From sequence record NC_054919.1: a stretch of 64,000 nt of DNA; one strand, given 5' to 3'. The translations under genes were made by a program, and so were the position numbers. The notes under the pieces are model-generated. The model searched no databases. It was not told the origin of the DNA and worked only from the letters and a program-made list of their open reading frames with translations. The DNA is from Escherichia phage vB_EcoM_G4507. This document shows, in pieces, positions 20,798-30,824 of the stretch; position 1 is the first letter of the stretch; each line of letters begins with the position of its first letter.

Positions 20798-22566
20798 AAA
20801 AGCCACAAGAAATGCAAACGATGCGTAGAAAAGTTATTTCAGATAATAAACCAACACAGGAAGCGGCTAAATCCGCTTCCAATACTTTATCTGGACTTAA
20901 TGACATTTCTACAAAATTGGATGATGCTCAAGCTGCTTCTGAATTAATAGCTCAAACCGTTGAAGAAAAATCGAATGAAATAATTGGAGCAATTGACAAT
21001 GTAGAAAGCGCAGTGAGTGATACTACTGCTGGTTCTGAGTTAATTGCTGAAACTGTCGAAATTGGCAATAATATTAATAAAGAAATCGGTGAATCGCTCG
21101 GAAGTAAATTAGATAAATTAACGAGTTTACTCGAGCAAAAAATCCAGACAGCCGGAATTCAACAAACAGGAACTAGTTTAGCTACGGTTGAAAGCGCTAT
21201 TCCTGTTAAAGTTGTTGAGGACGATACAGCTGAATCCGTGGGTCCTTTATTACCAGCTCCTGAAGCAGTTAATAATGATCCTGACGCTGATTTTTTCCCT
21301 GCCCCTCAACCAGTTGAACCTAAGCGAGAGTCACCGGAAGAAAAACAGAAAAAAGAAGCATTTAATTTAAAATTATCTCAAGCTTTAGATAAATTAACAA
21401 AGACTGTTGATTTTGGATTTAAAAAATCCATTTCAATTACTGATAAAATATCAAGCATGCTATTTAAGTATACTGTCAGTGCTGCTATTGAAGCTGCTAA
21501 AATGGTTGCATTAATAATGGCTGTTGTTATTGGAATAGACCTACTGATGGTTCATTTTAAATATTGGTCAGATAAATTTTCAAAAGCCTGGGATTTGTTT
21601 AGCACTGATTTTAAAACTTTTTCAAGCGAAACCGGAACTTGGGGTCCTTTATTACAGAGCATCTTTGAATCTATTGATGAAATTAAAAAGTTCTGGGAAG
21701 CGGGAGATTGGGGCGGTTTGACGGTAGCTATTGTAGAAGGGCTTGGAAAGGTTCTTTATAATTTAGGAGAACTTATTCAGCTTGGAATGGCTAAATTATC
21801 AGCAGCAATTCTTCGAGTTATTCCTGGTATGAAAGATACTGCTGACGAAGTAGAAGGAAGAGCACTGGAAAATTTCCAAAATTCTACTGGAGCATCTCTC
21901 AATAAAGAAGACCAGGAAAAAGTTGCGAATTATCAAGATAAACGAATGAATGGAGACCTTGGTCCGATAGCAGAAGGACTAGACAAAATTGCGAACTGGA
22001 AAACTCGTGCATCTAACTGGATTCGTGGTGTTGATAATAAAGAAGCATTGACAACTGATGAAGAACGCGCAGCAGAAGAAGAAAAATTAAAGCAGCTTTC
22101 ACCAGAAGAAAGAAAAAATGCTTTAATGAAGGCTAATGAAGCCCGTGCCGCGATGATTCGTTTTGAAAAATATGCTGATTCAGCTGATATGAGTAAAGAC
22201 TCAACGGTTAAATCAGTTGAAGCTGCCTATGAAGACCTTAAAAAACGAATGGATGACCCGGATTTAAATAATTCACCGGCAGTTAAAAAAGAACTTGCTG
22301 CTAGATTTTCTAAAATTGATGCTACTTATCAAGAGCTCAAGAAAAATCAGCCTAATGCCAAACCTCAAACTTCTGCTAAATCGCCAGAAGCAAAACAAGT
22401 CCAGGTAATAGAAAAGAACAAAGCACAGCAAGCTCCTATTCAACAAGCATCTCCTTCAATCAATAATACTAATAATGTTATTAAGAAAAATACTGTCGTT
22501 CATAATATGACACCCGTAACGAGCACGACTGCTCCTGGTGTATTTGATGCGACTGGAGTTAATTAA
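20794..22566 (+). CDS. 29: baseplate hub / tail-length determinator gp29
   Basis: 590-aa ORF with long alpha-helical central part; coupled to gene 28; synteny. Confidence 0.92.
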   Translation: MKKPQEMQTMRRKVISDNKPTQEAAKSASNTLSGLNDISTKLDDAQAASELIAQTVEEKSNEIIGAIDNVESAVSDTTAGSELIAETVEIGNNINKEIGESLGSKLDKLTSLLEQKIQTAGIQQTGTSLATVESAIPVKVVEDDTAESVGPLLPAPEAVNNDPDADFFPAPQPVEPKRESPEEKQKKEAFNLKLSQALDKLTKTVDFGFKKSISITDKISSMLFKYTVSAAIEAAKMVALIMAVVIGIDLLMVHFKYWSDKFSKAWDLFSTDFKTFSSETGTWGPLLQSIFESIDEIKKFWEAGDWGGLTVAIVEGLGKVLYNLGELIQLGMAKLSAAILRVIPGMKDTADEVEGRALENFQNSTGASLNKEDQEKVANYQDKRMNGDLGPIAEGLDKIANWKTRASNWIRGVDNKEALTTDEERAAEEEKLKQLSPEERKNALMKANEARAAMIRFEKYADSADMSKDSTVKSVEAAYEDLKKRMDDPDLNNSPAVKKELAARFSKIDATYQELKKNQPNAKPQTSAKSPEAKQVQVIEKNKAQQAPIQQASPSINNTNNVIKKNTVVHNMTPVTSTTAPGVFDATGVN

Positions 22567-22574
22567 GGAATAAT

Positions 22575-23669
22575 ATGGCAATTGTTAAAGAAATAACTGC
22601 TGATTTAATTAAAAAGTCCGGTGAGAAAATTTCAGCCGGACAGAGTACTAAATCAGAAGTAGCAACTAAAACATACACTGCCCAGTTTCCAACTGGGCGT
22701 GCTAGTGGTAATGACACTACAGGGGACTTCCAGGTAACAGATCTATATAAGAATGGATTATTATTTACTGCATACAATATGTCATCTAGGGATTCTGGAA
22801 GTCTTAGAACGATGAGATCTAACTACTCTTCTTCATCTTCGAGTATTTTACGTACAGCCAGAAACACTATCAGTAATACAGTATCAAAACTATCAAATGG
22901 ACTAATATCAGATAATAATTCAGGAACAATAAGTAAAGTTCCTGTTGCAAATATTCTTTTACCTAGATCTAAATCTGACGTCGATACGTCATCACATAGA
23001 TTTAATGATGTTCAAGATAGTCTTATTACAAAAGGTGGAGGTACTGCTACTGGTGTGCTAAGCAATATGGCTTCAACCGCAGTATTTGGAGCGCTGGAAA
23101 GTATAACACAAGGTATAATGGCTGATAATAATGAACAGATTTATACGACAGCCAGAAGCATGTACGGCGGTGCTGAAAATAGAACTAAAGTGTTCACTTG
23201 GGATTTGACTCCGCGCTCAACAGAAGATTTAATGGCTATTATTAATATCTATCAGTATTTTAACTATTTTTCTTACGGTGAAACTGGTAAATCTCAATAT
23301 GCTGCTGAAATAAAAGGATATCTAGATGAGTGGTACCGTTCTACTTTTATTGAGCCGTTAACTCCAGAAGATGCAGTTAAAAATAAGACGTTATTTGAGA
23401 AAATGACATCGAGTTTAACTAACGTTCTTGTAGTTTCAAACCCGACAATTTGGATGGTGAAAAACTTTGGTGCAACATCTAAGTTTGATGGAAAAACGGA
23501 AATATTCGGTCCATGTCAAATCCAGAGTATCAGATTTGATAAAACACCTAATGGTAACTTTAACGGATTAGCTATTGCTCCAAATCTCCCTAGTACATTT
23601 ACTCTCGAGATTACTATGAGAGAAATTATCACGTTAAACCGTGCTTCTTTATATGCGGGGACTTTTTAA
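22575..23669 (+). CDS. 48: baseplate tail-tube junction protein gp48
   Basis: 364-aa ORF; synteny. Confidence 0.92.
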   Translation: MAIVKEITADLIKKSGEKISAGQSTKSEVATKTYTAQFPTGRASGNDTTGDFQVTDLYKNGLLFTAYNMSSRDSGSLRTMRSNYSSSSSSILRTARNTISNTVSKLSNGLISDNNSGTISKVPVANILLPRSKSDVDTSSHRFNDVQDSLITKGGGTATGVLSNMASTAVFGALESITQGIMADNNEQIYTTARSMYGGAENRTKVFTWDLTPRSTEDLMAIINIYQYFNYFSYGETGKSQYAAEIKGYLDEWYRSTFIEPLTPEDAVKNKTLFEKMTSSLTNVLVVSNPTIWMVKNFGATSKFDGKTEIFGPCQIQSIRFDKTPNGNFNGLAIAPNLPSTFTLEITMREIITLNRASLYAGTF

Positions 23670-24634
23670 TGTATTCTTTAGAGGAATTTAATAATCAAGC
23701 AATAAACGCAGATTTCCAACGTAATAATATGTTCAGCTGTGTTTTTGCTACAACTCCATCAACTAAAAGCTCTTCGTTGATAAGTTCAATTAGCAACTTT
23801 TCTTATAATAACTTGGGCCTAAATTCAGATTGGTTAGGATTAACTCAAGGCGATATTAATCAGGGAATTACTACGCTAATTACAGCTGGCACACAAAAAC
23901 TGATAAGAAAATCAGGGGTTAGTAAATATCTTATTGGTGCCATGAGTCAACGTACAGTTCAAAGTTTATTAGGCTCATTTACAGTTGGTACATATTTAAT
24001 TGACTTCTTTAACATGGCATATAACTCATCTGGATTGATGATATACTCTGTAAAAATGCCAGAGAATAGATTATCCTATGAAACTGACTGGAACTATAAT
24101 TCTCCTAATATTCGTATAACTGGGAGAGAATTAGACCCTTTGGTTATTTCATTCAGAATGGATTCAGAAGCTTGTAACTATCGTGCAATGCAAGACTGGG
24201 TTAACGCTGTTCAAGACCCAGTAACTGGATTGCGTGCTTTGCCGCAAGATGTCGAGGCTGATATTCAGGTTAATCTTCATTCTCGCAATGGATTACCACA
24301 TACTGCGGTGATGTTCACTGGATGCATTCCAGTGTCCGTAAGCGCTCCTGAGTTATCATATGATGGAGATAACCAAATAACTACATTTGATGTTACTTTT
24401 GCGTATAGAGTCATGCAGGCTGGAGCAGTTGATAGACAAGCTGCGCTTGAATGGCTTGAATCTGCTGCTATAAATGGTATTCAAAGCGTTCTCGGAAATA
24501 GTGGAGGTGTCACTGGACTATCTAATTCGCTTTCACGACTTAGTAGATTAGGGGGAACTGCAGGAAGCATTTCAAATATTAACACTATGACAGGAATTGT
24601 CAATTCGCAAAGTAAAATATTAGGAGCAATATAA
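23669..24634 (+). CDS. 54: baseplate tail-tube initiator gp54
   Basis: 321-aa ORF coupled to gene 48; synteny. Confidence 0.92.
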   Translation: MYSLEEFNNQAINADFQRNNMFSCVFATTPSTKSSSLISSISNFSYNNLGLNSDWLGLTQGDINQGITTLITAGTQKLIRKSGVSKYLIGAMSQRTVQSLLGSFTVGTYLIDFFNMAYNSSGLMIYSVKMPENRLSYETDWNYNSPNIRITGRELDPLVISFRMDSEACNYRAMQDWVNAVQDPVTGLRALPQDVEADIQVNLHSRNGLPHTAVMFTGCIPVSVSAPELSYDGDNQITTFDVTFAYRVMQAGAVDRQAALEWLESAAINGIQSVLGNSGGVTGLSNSLSRLSRLGGTAGSISNINTMTGIVNSQSKILGAI

Positions 24635-24636
24635 CA

Positions 24637-24658
24637 ATGGGGACCTTTCGGTCCCCAT
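24637..24658. terminator. bidirectional hairpin AUGGGGACC-UUUC-GGUCCCCAU between gene 54 and the convergent 96-aa ORF
   Basis: 9-bp perfect stem between two convergent stop codons. Confidence 0.6.
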
Positions 24659-24662
24659 ATTT

Positions 24663-24953
24663 TTATTTACGGAATGAAATGAAAGCAGCAACTGAAGCAA
24701 CTAAACTGTCTTCAATATAAACTTCAATTTTTACCGGAGCTTCTGACTCAAATTTACCTGTTACTACACCCTGAAAAATACTTTCAGTCTGTTCTGGCTT
24801 TGAAAAATTTTCAGAAGGAAAAATTCCGAACTTTTTATCTGTTCCAAAAATTTTGATAAATTCATCGTAAACTGCTTCATTAAAAGCATTATCAGCAGGA
24901 ATAACGCCTTCAACTACAAGTTCTTGACCTAAAAAGCGCAAAGAAGATTTCAT
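24663..24953 (-). CDS. hypothetical 96-aa protein driven by the duplicated early-promoter cassette
   Basis: ORF with GAGGA Shine-Dalgarno 9 nt upstream; GTTTAC-type promoter directly upstream; no recognisable domain. Confidence 0.6.
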   Translation of the reverse strand: MKSSLRFLGQELVVEGVIPADNAFNEAVYDEFIKIFGTDKKFGIFPSENFSKPEQTESIFQGVVTGKFESEAPVKIEVYIEDSLVASVAAFISFRK

Positions 24954-24960
24954 TTTGTGT

Positions 24961-25014
24961 TCCTCATGTTATGTCAGTAAGACTACTATAACACAACACG
25001 AGGGACTTGTAAAC
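24961..25014 (-). promoter_or_regulatory. 54-bp early-promoter plus leader cassette, copy 1
   Basis: Minus strand GTTTACAAGTCCCTCGTGTTGTGTTATAGTAGTCTTACTGACATAACATGAGGA: GTTTAC (-35), TATAGT/TTATAG (-10), GAGGA SD. Matches 40215-40268 at 53 of 54 positions. Confidence 0.6.
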
Positions 25015-27071
25015 TACATCTTGAACTTTTTAGACATTCCGTTGATGTTAACCAAAGAAGCTAAGATTTGAGAAACTTCGTTTTCCTCTTCTTTTGATTC
25101 TTCTACAAGGAATTGATTAAATCCAGCCATTGGACGAACTTCACCAGTTTCCATTAGATGGTCGCCATCATATACTGATTCTTCTAATTGTTCAGAAGGA
25201 GGAACGATTGTACCTTCGATTAGATACTTGTTATAAGCAGTTTCTTTCATAAAGTAAGTACTTACTTTATTAATCTTCAGTAAAATTCCACGTGGTAGAA
25301 TAACTTCAGCTTCTGACGGAAATCCTGATAAATGACCCGGAACGATAACTTTGATTCGCTCAGCTCCTTTAATTACCATACCCACGCTAGTTTCAGCATC
25401 TTCATTAGCATATGTAGAATGACTACCCATATGCATCAAATCTTCTGCATCAACGGAACCTTCTCCTTCACCAGAAAATACTGCGCCGGAATCATCTAGA
25501 GCCATATAGTTTTTACCATGCTCACCGAAGATATTTGGTTTAAGCGATGTGGATACGAAGTTCTTGAAATAGAACATTTTATTTTCAATGTTATGACGCA
25601 AAGTTTTAAAGGTAACTTCTTGTCCACGGTAAAGTGTAGTTCCTGGAGGAAGAACTGAACCTTTAGCGAATGCAGAATCAAGCGTCTCAATATGTTTAAT
25701 AGCTCGTTCCATATATTCTTCACGGGTAGAATCTGGTTTACCCAAAAGGAACGAGTTCATTTCAACATATGAATCTGCACAATAATCTTCAATTACATCA
25801 GATTCAGCTTGAGTTAATCCTTTTGGAGTTACTTCAGTGCTTGCGTATTCATATGCCTGAGCAGCAGATTCATTAATCAATTTATAAATGCCATTCATGA
25901 CAAATTGAATAATAGCTGTCTTTTCATCTGGCGTAGCTTTAGAACCTTTAACCAAATCATTGATAATTTTCTTAATAACATCAAAGCTATTAGAAATATT
26001 AATATCAGCAAGATCGCTTAAAATTTTATCAGTCTTATAATCAAAGAATTCTTTATTCTTTAAATATTCTTGAGAACCTTGATATGTTATATCGCTCTGT
26101 AACTTGATAGATGGATCACGTAAACGTGCATGGGCTAATGCAATATGATTTCGGAAGCTTTCGAGTTCATAATCACTAGATTTAAAACGAGAAGCGCTTC
26201 TCATACCGCCTATAGCTCCTTTGCTGAAGTTTGAACCAATTTGAATAACGCCAGAGTTCATTGGTCCTTCTGCTTTATACACCGGAACTTTAGATTCAAA
26301 CTCTTGATATTTCTTAGCAGCGAAGCTATCACCCTGAAGTGAAGCATCAACAGTAGAATATTGAGCTTGTGCTGCTAATCGACGACTAATTTTAGTTTTC
26401 TGAATAACAGCTTGGTCCGTGCGCTTATCATTTTCTAAAGCAATAGAAGCAGCAACAGCAACAGCTTTAGGAACAGCATTACCTGTTTTAACATCTACAT
26501 AAACATCACCAACCTTTGATTCAACTTTTGTGAATAACTCAGTTGAAATAGGAGGTACACCTGGAATGTCTTCTAAATTGGCATTTTTACGATAAACCAT
26601 AATATATGCGTACTTTTTATCATAATCCCAGATTTCCTTTAAAAGAACATATCGACCTGCTCCTTTAGTACGTACTAAACGGTCAGCAATAACTTGCATT
26701 TGACGAGCAGCGCCATTTGTTTTACTCTTTAGTACGCGGAATAAGCATGCATCAATTTTATACTGTTTCATTGTTTGAAGAGCAGTATCAAAAACAGCGT
26801 TAATGACGCCAATTGGATTTCCACCCAAGTTTCTAAGTTTAACCAGTGATAATTTCTCGTTGACACCTATCATTACGATATGCATCATTTTATCGCCCGG
26901 CTTAACGTTTTTATTTGTATCACCTCCAGAGGTGTATGTACAAAATCTAAATCCAGGAAGCACGCTTTCTTCGCCGGCTTGAATAGCAAAAATTTGAGGT
27001 ATTTTATGCTTAGGATTTAAGTTAACAACCGGCGCCGAAGCGCCGTCAAATAATTCTGTAATAAGTTCCAT
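25014..27071 (-). CDS. Alt-like ADP-ribosyltransferase paralog
   Basis: 685 aa; N-terminus MELITELFDGASAPVVNLNPKHKIPQIF and ART motifs TLYRGQ, FYFKNFVSTSL, SEAEVILPRG align with the adjacent alt gene; ATG 3 nt after the alt stop. Confidence 0.85.
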   Translation of the reverse strand: MELITELFDGASAPVVNLNPKHKIPQIFAIQAGEESVLPGFRFCTYTSGGDTNKNVKPGDKMMHIVMIGVNEKLSLVKLRNLGGNPIGVINAVFDTALQTMKQYKIDACLFRVLKSKTNGAARQMQVIADRLVRTKGAGRYVLLKEIWDYDKKYAYIMVYRKNANLEDIPGVPPISTELFTKVESKVGDVYVDVKTGNAVPKAVAVAASIALENDKRTDQAVIQKTKISRRLAAQAQYSTVDASLQGDSFAAKKYQEFESKVPVYKAEGPMNSGVIQIGSNFSKGAIGGMRSASRFKSSDYELESFRNHIALAHARLRDPSIKLQSDITYQGSQEYLKNKEFFDYKTDKILSDLADINISNSFDVIKKIINDLVKGSKATPDEKTAIIQFVMNGIYKLINESAAQAYEYASTEVTPKGLTQAESDVIEDYCADSYVEMNSFLLGKPDSTREEYMERAIKHIETLDSAFAKGSVLPPGTTLYRGQEVTFKTLRHNIENKMFYFKNFVSTSLKPNIFGEHGKNYMALDDSGAVFSGEGEGSVDAEDLMHMGSHSTYANEDAETSVGMVIKGAERIKVIVPGHLSGFPSEAEVILPRGILLKINKVSTYFMKETAYNKYLIEGTIVPPSEQLEESVYDGDHLMETGEVRPMAGFNQFLVEESKEEENEVSQILASLVNINGMSKKFKM

Positions 27072-27074
27072 GAT

Positions 27075-29126
27075 TTATCCTTGAACGAACTTGTAAGGCA
27101 TGTTTGTAATATCTATGCAAGACGCAATAATTCCAAGAGATGATTCTACTTTCTGTTTAACATTTGATGAAACAAATGATGCAAAGTCAACTCTATCTTC
27201 TATATCACCTGTCATTGTAACTACTTCGCCGGTTTCCATTAAACGGTCACCGTCATAAATTACTGATTCGGTGAGTTCTTCGGTGGTCATAACTTCAGCT
27301 TGAATAAGCTTGTTGTTAGTTTTGACTGTTCCATCATTGTAAGATGCATCAGTTATTTTATTAACTTTGACCATTAATCCACGTGGCAAAATGACTTCCA
27401 TTTCATTTGAAGGCGCTAAACTTCCACCGGGTAAAACAACATTGACTTTATCAGCCCCAGTAATAACCCATCCAATTCCGACTAAATTATCGCTAGAATT
27501 AACAAGCCCTTCATCATTTTTATCGATAGAAATGTTTAGACGCTTTTCATCTGGTAAAACACCAACAGCTGAATCAGTCATCCAAGTACCAAAAATGTTT
27601 GGATATAATGATGTTGATACAAAATTTCTAAAATAAAAAACTCGATTTTTTACCATTGCTTCGTATATTGAAGGTAACATTCGTTGTGAACGATACAAAG
27701 TAATACCTTTTGGTAATCGTTCACCATTTTTAAAGGCTGAATCTAAATTATCAATAGCTTTTTCTATGTCAGATGCTGTCAAAATACTTGTACGCTCATC
27801 TGGATTATATAATCCCAAAAGAGCATTATTTATGTCTACATATCCTGAACCTACGTATTCACGAATTCCGCGTTTTTGTGCTGGTGTGTATTTAGATGAA
27901 TCTTTATTTTCGACTATAGGATGTAATGACCATCCAGCTGTAAGAGCATATCCACGTAATTCTCTTCGAATAATCTTTGTTTTTATTGCATTCCAAGAAT
28001 TTTGTACTAACTCATTTGCAGCATCTTGGTTTAAATGCGAATGTTTGTTAATATTTCTTTCAAACCAAGCACCTTTATATTTTTCTAAAGTATTATCGAC
28101 GATAGAAGCAATAGTTTCTAAAGTTTTTATTGAAGTAATAGATTCTTTTCGTAATTTTTCTAAAGCTTTATTTTTTATTTCTGCATTAATAATGGATTCT
28201 TTATCTTCAGGAATTATAGAAGCTTCTCTGAATGCCATCCCAGCTGTAACACTGCTAAGAGCATTCTCTAGTGCAAATCCTGAAGTAGAAATTACCGTTA
28301 ATTCATTAGAATCAGAAATTAAAGGCGCATCAGCGGGTTTATTTAATTCTGCTGCTGAAGCCTCAAATTTTTGAAACATCGGTGTTTCAAATCTAGAAGA
28401 TTCCAATGACTGACTTTGTGCAATTGCTCTACGGGAAATTTTAACTTTAACGATTACAGCTTGGTCAGAACGTTTATCATTTTCTTGTGCAATAGATGCT
28501 GCAATTGCCTCATTTTTGGTTACTTGAGCTCCGGTATCTTTATTGATATAAACATCACCGACCTTCGATTCAACTTTAGTAAAGAGCTCGGTACTAATTT
28601 CCGGAACTCCTGGAATGTCTTCTAGTGATACATTTTTGCGATGTATAAGAATATATGCATACTTTTTATCATAATCCCAGAGTTCCTTAAGAAGGACGTA
28701 TCTGCCACCTGAACGACTACGGATAAGTCTATCAGCAATAACTTGAATTTGTCGAGCTTGACCAGCGGTTTTAGACTTAAGAATACGAAGCATACAGGCA
28801 TCAATTTTATACTGACGCATTGTTTGCATCGCAACAGTAAAAACTGAATTGATATAATTAATTGGGCTTGGACCAAGACCTTTTAATTTAGCAATTGAAC
28901 CTTTAGCAGTTAATGTAAAAGGAACAATATGCATCATTTTATCGCCCATCTTTAAATCGCGATTAGTATCACCTCCAGATGTATAGGTACATAAACGAAA
29001 GCCTGGTTGTTCAATTGCATCATCAACATGAACTGAAAAAATTTGCGGTATTTTCTTCTTTGGATTTAAGTTTGTAATCGGAAGAGTAGTATCTTCGTCA
29101 AATAATTCTGTAATAAGTTCCATCAT
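27075..29126 (-). CDS. alt: Alt ADP-ribosyltransferase (capsid-packaged, injected)
   Basis: 683 aa; MMELITELFDEDTTLPITNLNPKKKIPQIF...; R-S-ExE motifs ITLYRSQ, FYFRNFVSTSL, NEMEVILPRG; late promoter upstream. Confidence 0.9.
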   Translation of the reverse strand: MMELITELFDEDTTLPITNLNPKKKIPQIFSVHVDDAIEQPGFRLCTYTSGGDTNRDLKMGDKMMHIVPFTLTAKGSIAKLKGLGPSPINYINSVFTVAMQTMRQYKIDACMLRILKSKTAGQARQIQVIADRLIRSRSGGRYVLLKELWDYDKKYAYILIHRKNVSLEDIPGVPEISTELFTKVESKVGDVYINKDTGAQVTKNEAIAASIAQENDKRSDQAVIVKVKISRRAIAQSQSLESSRFETPMFQKFEASAAELNKPADAPLISDSNELTVISTSGFALENALSSVTAGMAFREASIIPEDKESIINAEIKNKALEKLRKESITSIKTLETIASIVDNTLEKYKGAWFERNINKHSHLNQDAANELVQNSWNAIKTKIIRRELRGYALTAGWSLHPIVENKDSSKYTPAQKRGIREYVGSGYVDINNALLGLYNPDERTSILTASDIEKAIDNLDSAFKNGERLPKGITLYRSQRMLPSIYEAMVKNRVFYFRNFVSTSLYPNIFGTWMTDSAVGVLPDEKRLNISIDKNDEGLVNSSDNLVGIGWVITGADKVNVVLPGGSLAPSNEMEVILPRGLMVKVNKITDASYNDGTVKTNNKLIQAEVMTTEELTESVIYDGDRLMETGEVVTMTGDIEDRVDFASFVSSNVKQKVESSLGIIASCIDITNMPYKFVQG

Positions 29127-29146
29127 AGCCTCTCTAGTGTTTATTC

Positions 29147-29154
29147 TATTTATA
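29147..29154 (-). promoter_or_regulatory. late promoter TATAAATA for alt
   Basis: Minus-strand TATAAATA about 21 nt upstream of the alt ATG. Confidence 0.5.
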
Positions 29155-29159
29155 AAATT

Positions 29160-29177
29160 AAAGGCCCGAAGGCCTTT
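29160..29177 (-). terminator. hairpin AAAGGCC-UUCG-GGCCUUU upstream of alt
   Basis: 7-bp stem with UUCG loop at the stop of the 62-aa ORF; separates the early block from late alt transcription. Confidence 0.55.
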
Positions 29178-29364
29178 AATAATCTAGTGGTAAGAGAGTA
29201 CGGTATATTTCAAACTTTGGACCTTTTTCATAGGCATCAAATGTTTCTGTGAATTTATTATAAGCATATGCATCTACAAATTCGAGAATGACTTGTGATA
29301 CAGAAGTAGAAACATCTCCACCTTCTTTTTGAGCAATGACAATTGTTTCTAAGTAAGCTTTCAT
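29176..29364 (-). CDS. hypothetical 62-aa protein
   Basis: ORF coupled to the ligase stop (overlap 29361-29364); no recognisable domain. Confidence 0.5.
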   Translation of the reverse strand: MKAYLETIVIAQKEGGDVSTSVSQVILEFVDAYAYNKFTETFDAYEKGPKFEIYRTLLPLDY

Positions 29365-30824
29365 AAACCAGTTACCTCATGAAAATCACCAAATACATCC
29401 TCGAATGTATTAGCTTTAGTTTTATCTTCACGCAAACGAATCGCAATCGGAAGAAATAATTTAACGTAATCAGTGCGGCCATCAGATTTTAACCAACCGT
29501 TGCATTCGCACTCTAGAATTTTTCCAATATAATAATTTTGGTTTTCCATAATGCGAGTACGGTCAAGTTCATGCGATTTTACACCGGCTTTATCTTTTAA
29601 GCCTGAACCAGCATTTACTTTAATTTTTCCACACTCTGACTCAAGAATAAATCCACCTGCTTTAGTAGGGTCTTTACGGTGAGGATAAATTCCTACAATT
29701 TTTAAATCAACATCAATTACTTCTTTAAATTTATAGAGATTTTTTGAACGAGCATTTTCCCATAATCCATCGATATTTTTGAGAATAATACCTTCAAGAC
29801 CTTGGTCAATATACTTTTTATAAATTATCTTGGCTTCGTCTAGGTTATTTACTACCTGGTTTTCAATTAAAATTACTTTATCATAGCCTGATGTCATTTG
29901 TTCTAGTTTAGAAAAACGTACATCATATTTCAAACGAAATGCAGGAAGACCGTATATTTCTACCAACGGTACATAATCCCAGACCTGAAACTTCATGCAT
30001 TGTGCTTCTTTTTCAGAAATGGTTCCCTTTAAAGATTTATTGGCGATGCCATTAGATGCAGTACGTGATTCAGCTACTTCGGCGAATTCTTTAGCTTTAC
30101 TGTTTTCAGGATAAGCATCAAAAAGAAAATCTAGGCCTTCTGGCTCCTTTTTAACTTGCTCATGATATACCAATTCGCCATCAATTAACACGCCTTCTGG
30201 ATGAATCTGGCGGGCTTCAGCGGTCATTTTGATTAATTCTTCCTTAAGAAGATCTAATCCTAGATATTCATTACCAGCTCGTGATAAAAGACGAACGTCA
30301 TCTAATTCATCACCTCTGACTTCGGCAAAGCACCGAGCTCCATCAGCTTTTAACTGGGCAAAGGCTGGAAATTTGATATTCTTATTAATGCCTTTTTCAT
30401 CATAAGAACTTGCAAGCATTTGAGGTTGTTCAGGAATTAAACCTGGCCAAACTTTGTTCGCAATAGATACTGAAGCGCCACATTCAAGGTCTCGCATCAT
30501 CACTCGACGCAAAACTTCAACATCATCTTTTTTACCGTCAGTAATATAACCTACTAATTCCTCAATTGCCGCATTTCCGGTCAATTTTCGAGTAGCTAAT
30601 GTAAATTCAATGAAGTCAAGCATATCAGTAATAGTCAGCATTCCAAAACTCTGGGTAGCAATACCAGGTTTAGGCCATTTCTTGATATAATACTGTAACC
30701 CACGAGAATAAGTCAGACGATATACTCGTTTAAGCAATTCATTATCTTTATTCTTTTCAAGAATTGCTTGCTTCTGCTTAGTTGAACCAATAGATGCTAT
30801 TTCGTTCAGAATTTTAAGAATCAT
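29361..30824 (-). CDS. 30: ATP-dependent DNA ligase gp30
   Basis: 487-aa ORF with adenylation motif I FAQLKADGARC; N-terminus MILKILNEIASIGSTKQKQAILEKNKDNELLKRVYRLTY as in T4 ligase. Confidence 0.95.
   Translation of the reverse strand: MILKILNEIASIGSTKQKQAILEKNKDNELLKRVYRLTYSRGLQYYIKKWPKPGIATQSFGMLTITDMLDFIEFTLATRKLTGNAAIEELVGYITDGKKDDVEVLRRVMMRDLECGASVSIANKVWPGLIPEQPQMLASSYDEKGINKNIKFPAFAQLKADGARCFAEVRGDELDDVRLLSRAGNEYLGLDLLKEELIKMTAEARQIHPEGVLIDGELVYHEQVKKEPEGLDFLFDAYPENSKAKEFAEVAESRTASNGIANKSLKGTISEKEAQCMKFQVWDYVPLVEIYGLPAFRLKYDVRFSKLEQMTSGYDKVILIENQVVNNLDEAKIIYKKYIDQGLEGIILKNIDGLWENARSKNLYKFKEVIDVDLKIVGIYPHRKDPTKAGGFILESECGKIKVNAGSGLKDKAGVKSHELDRTRIMENQNYYIGKILECECNGWLKSDGRTDYVKLFLPIAIRLREDKTKANTFEDVFGDFHEVTGL

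Noticed and set aside
27766-28374. 202-aa plus-strand ORF (and shorter ones at 27367-27636, 28416-28625) inside the alt region
   Set aside because: Entirely antisense to the well-supported alt coding sequence, with no start context; typical shadow ORFs in AT-rich DNA.
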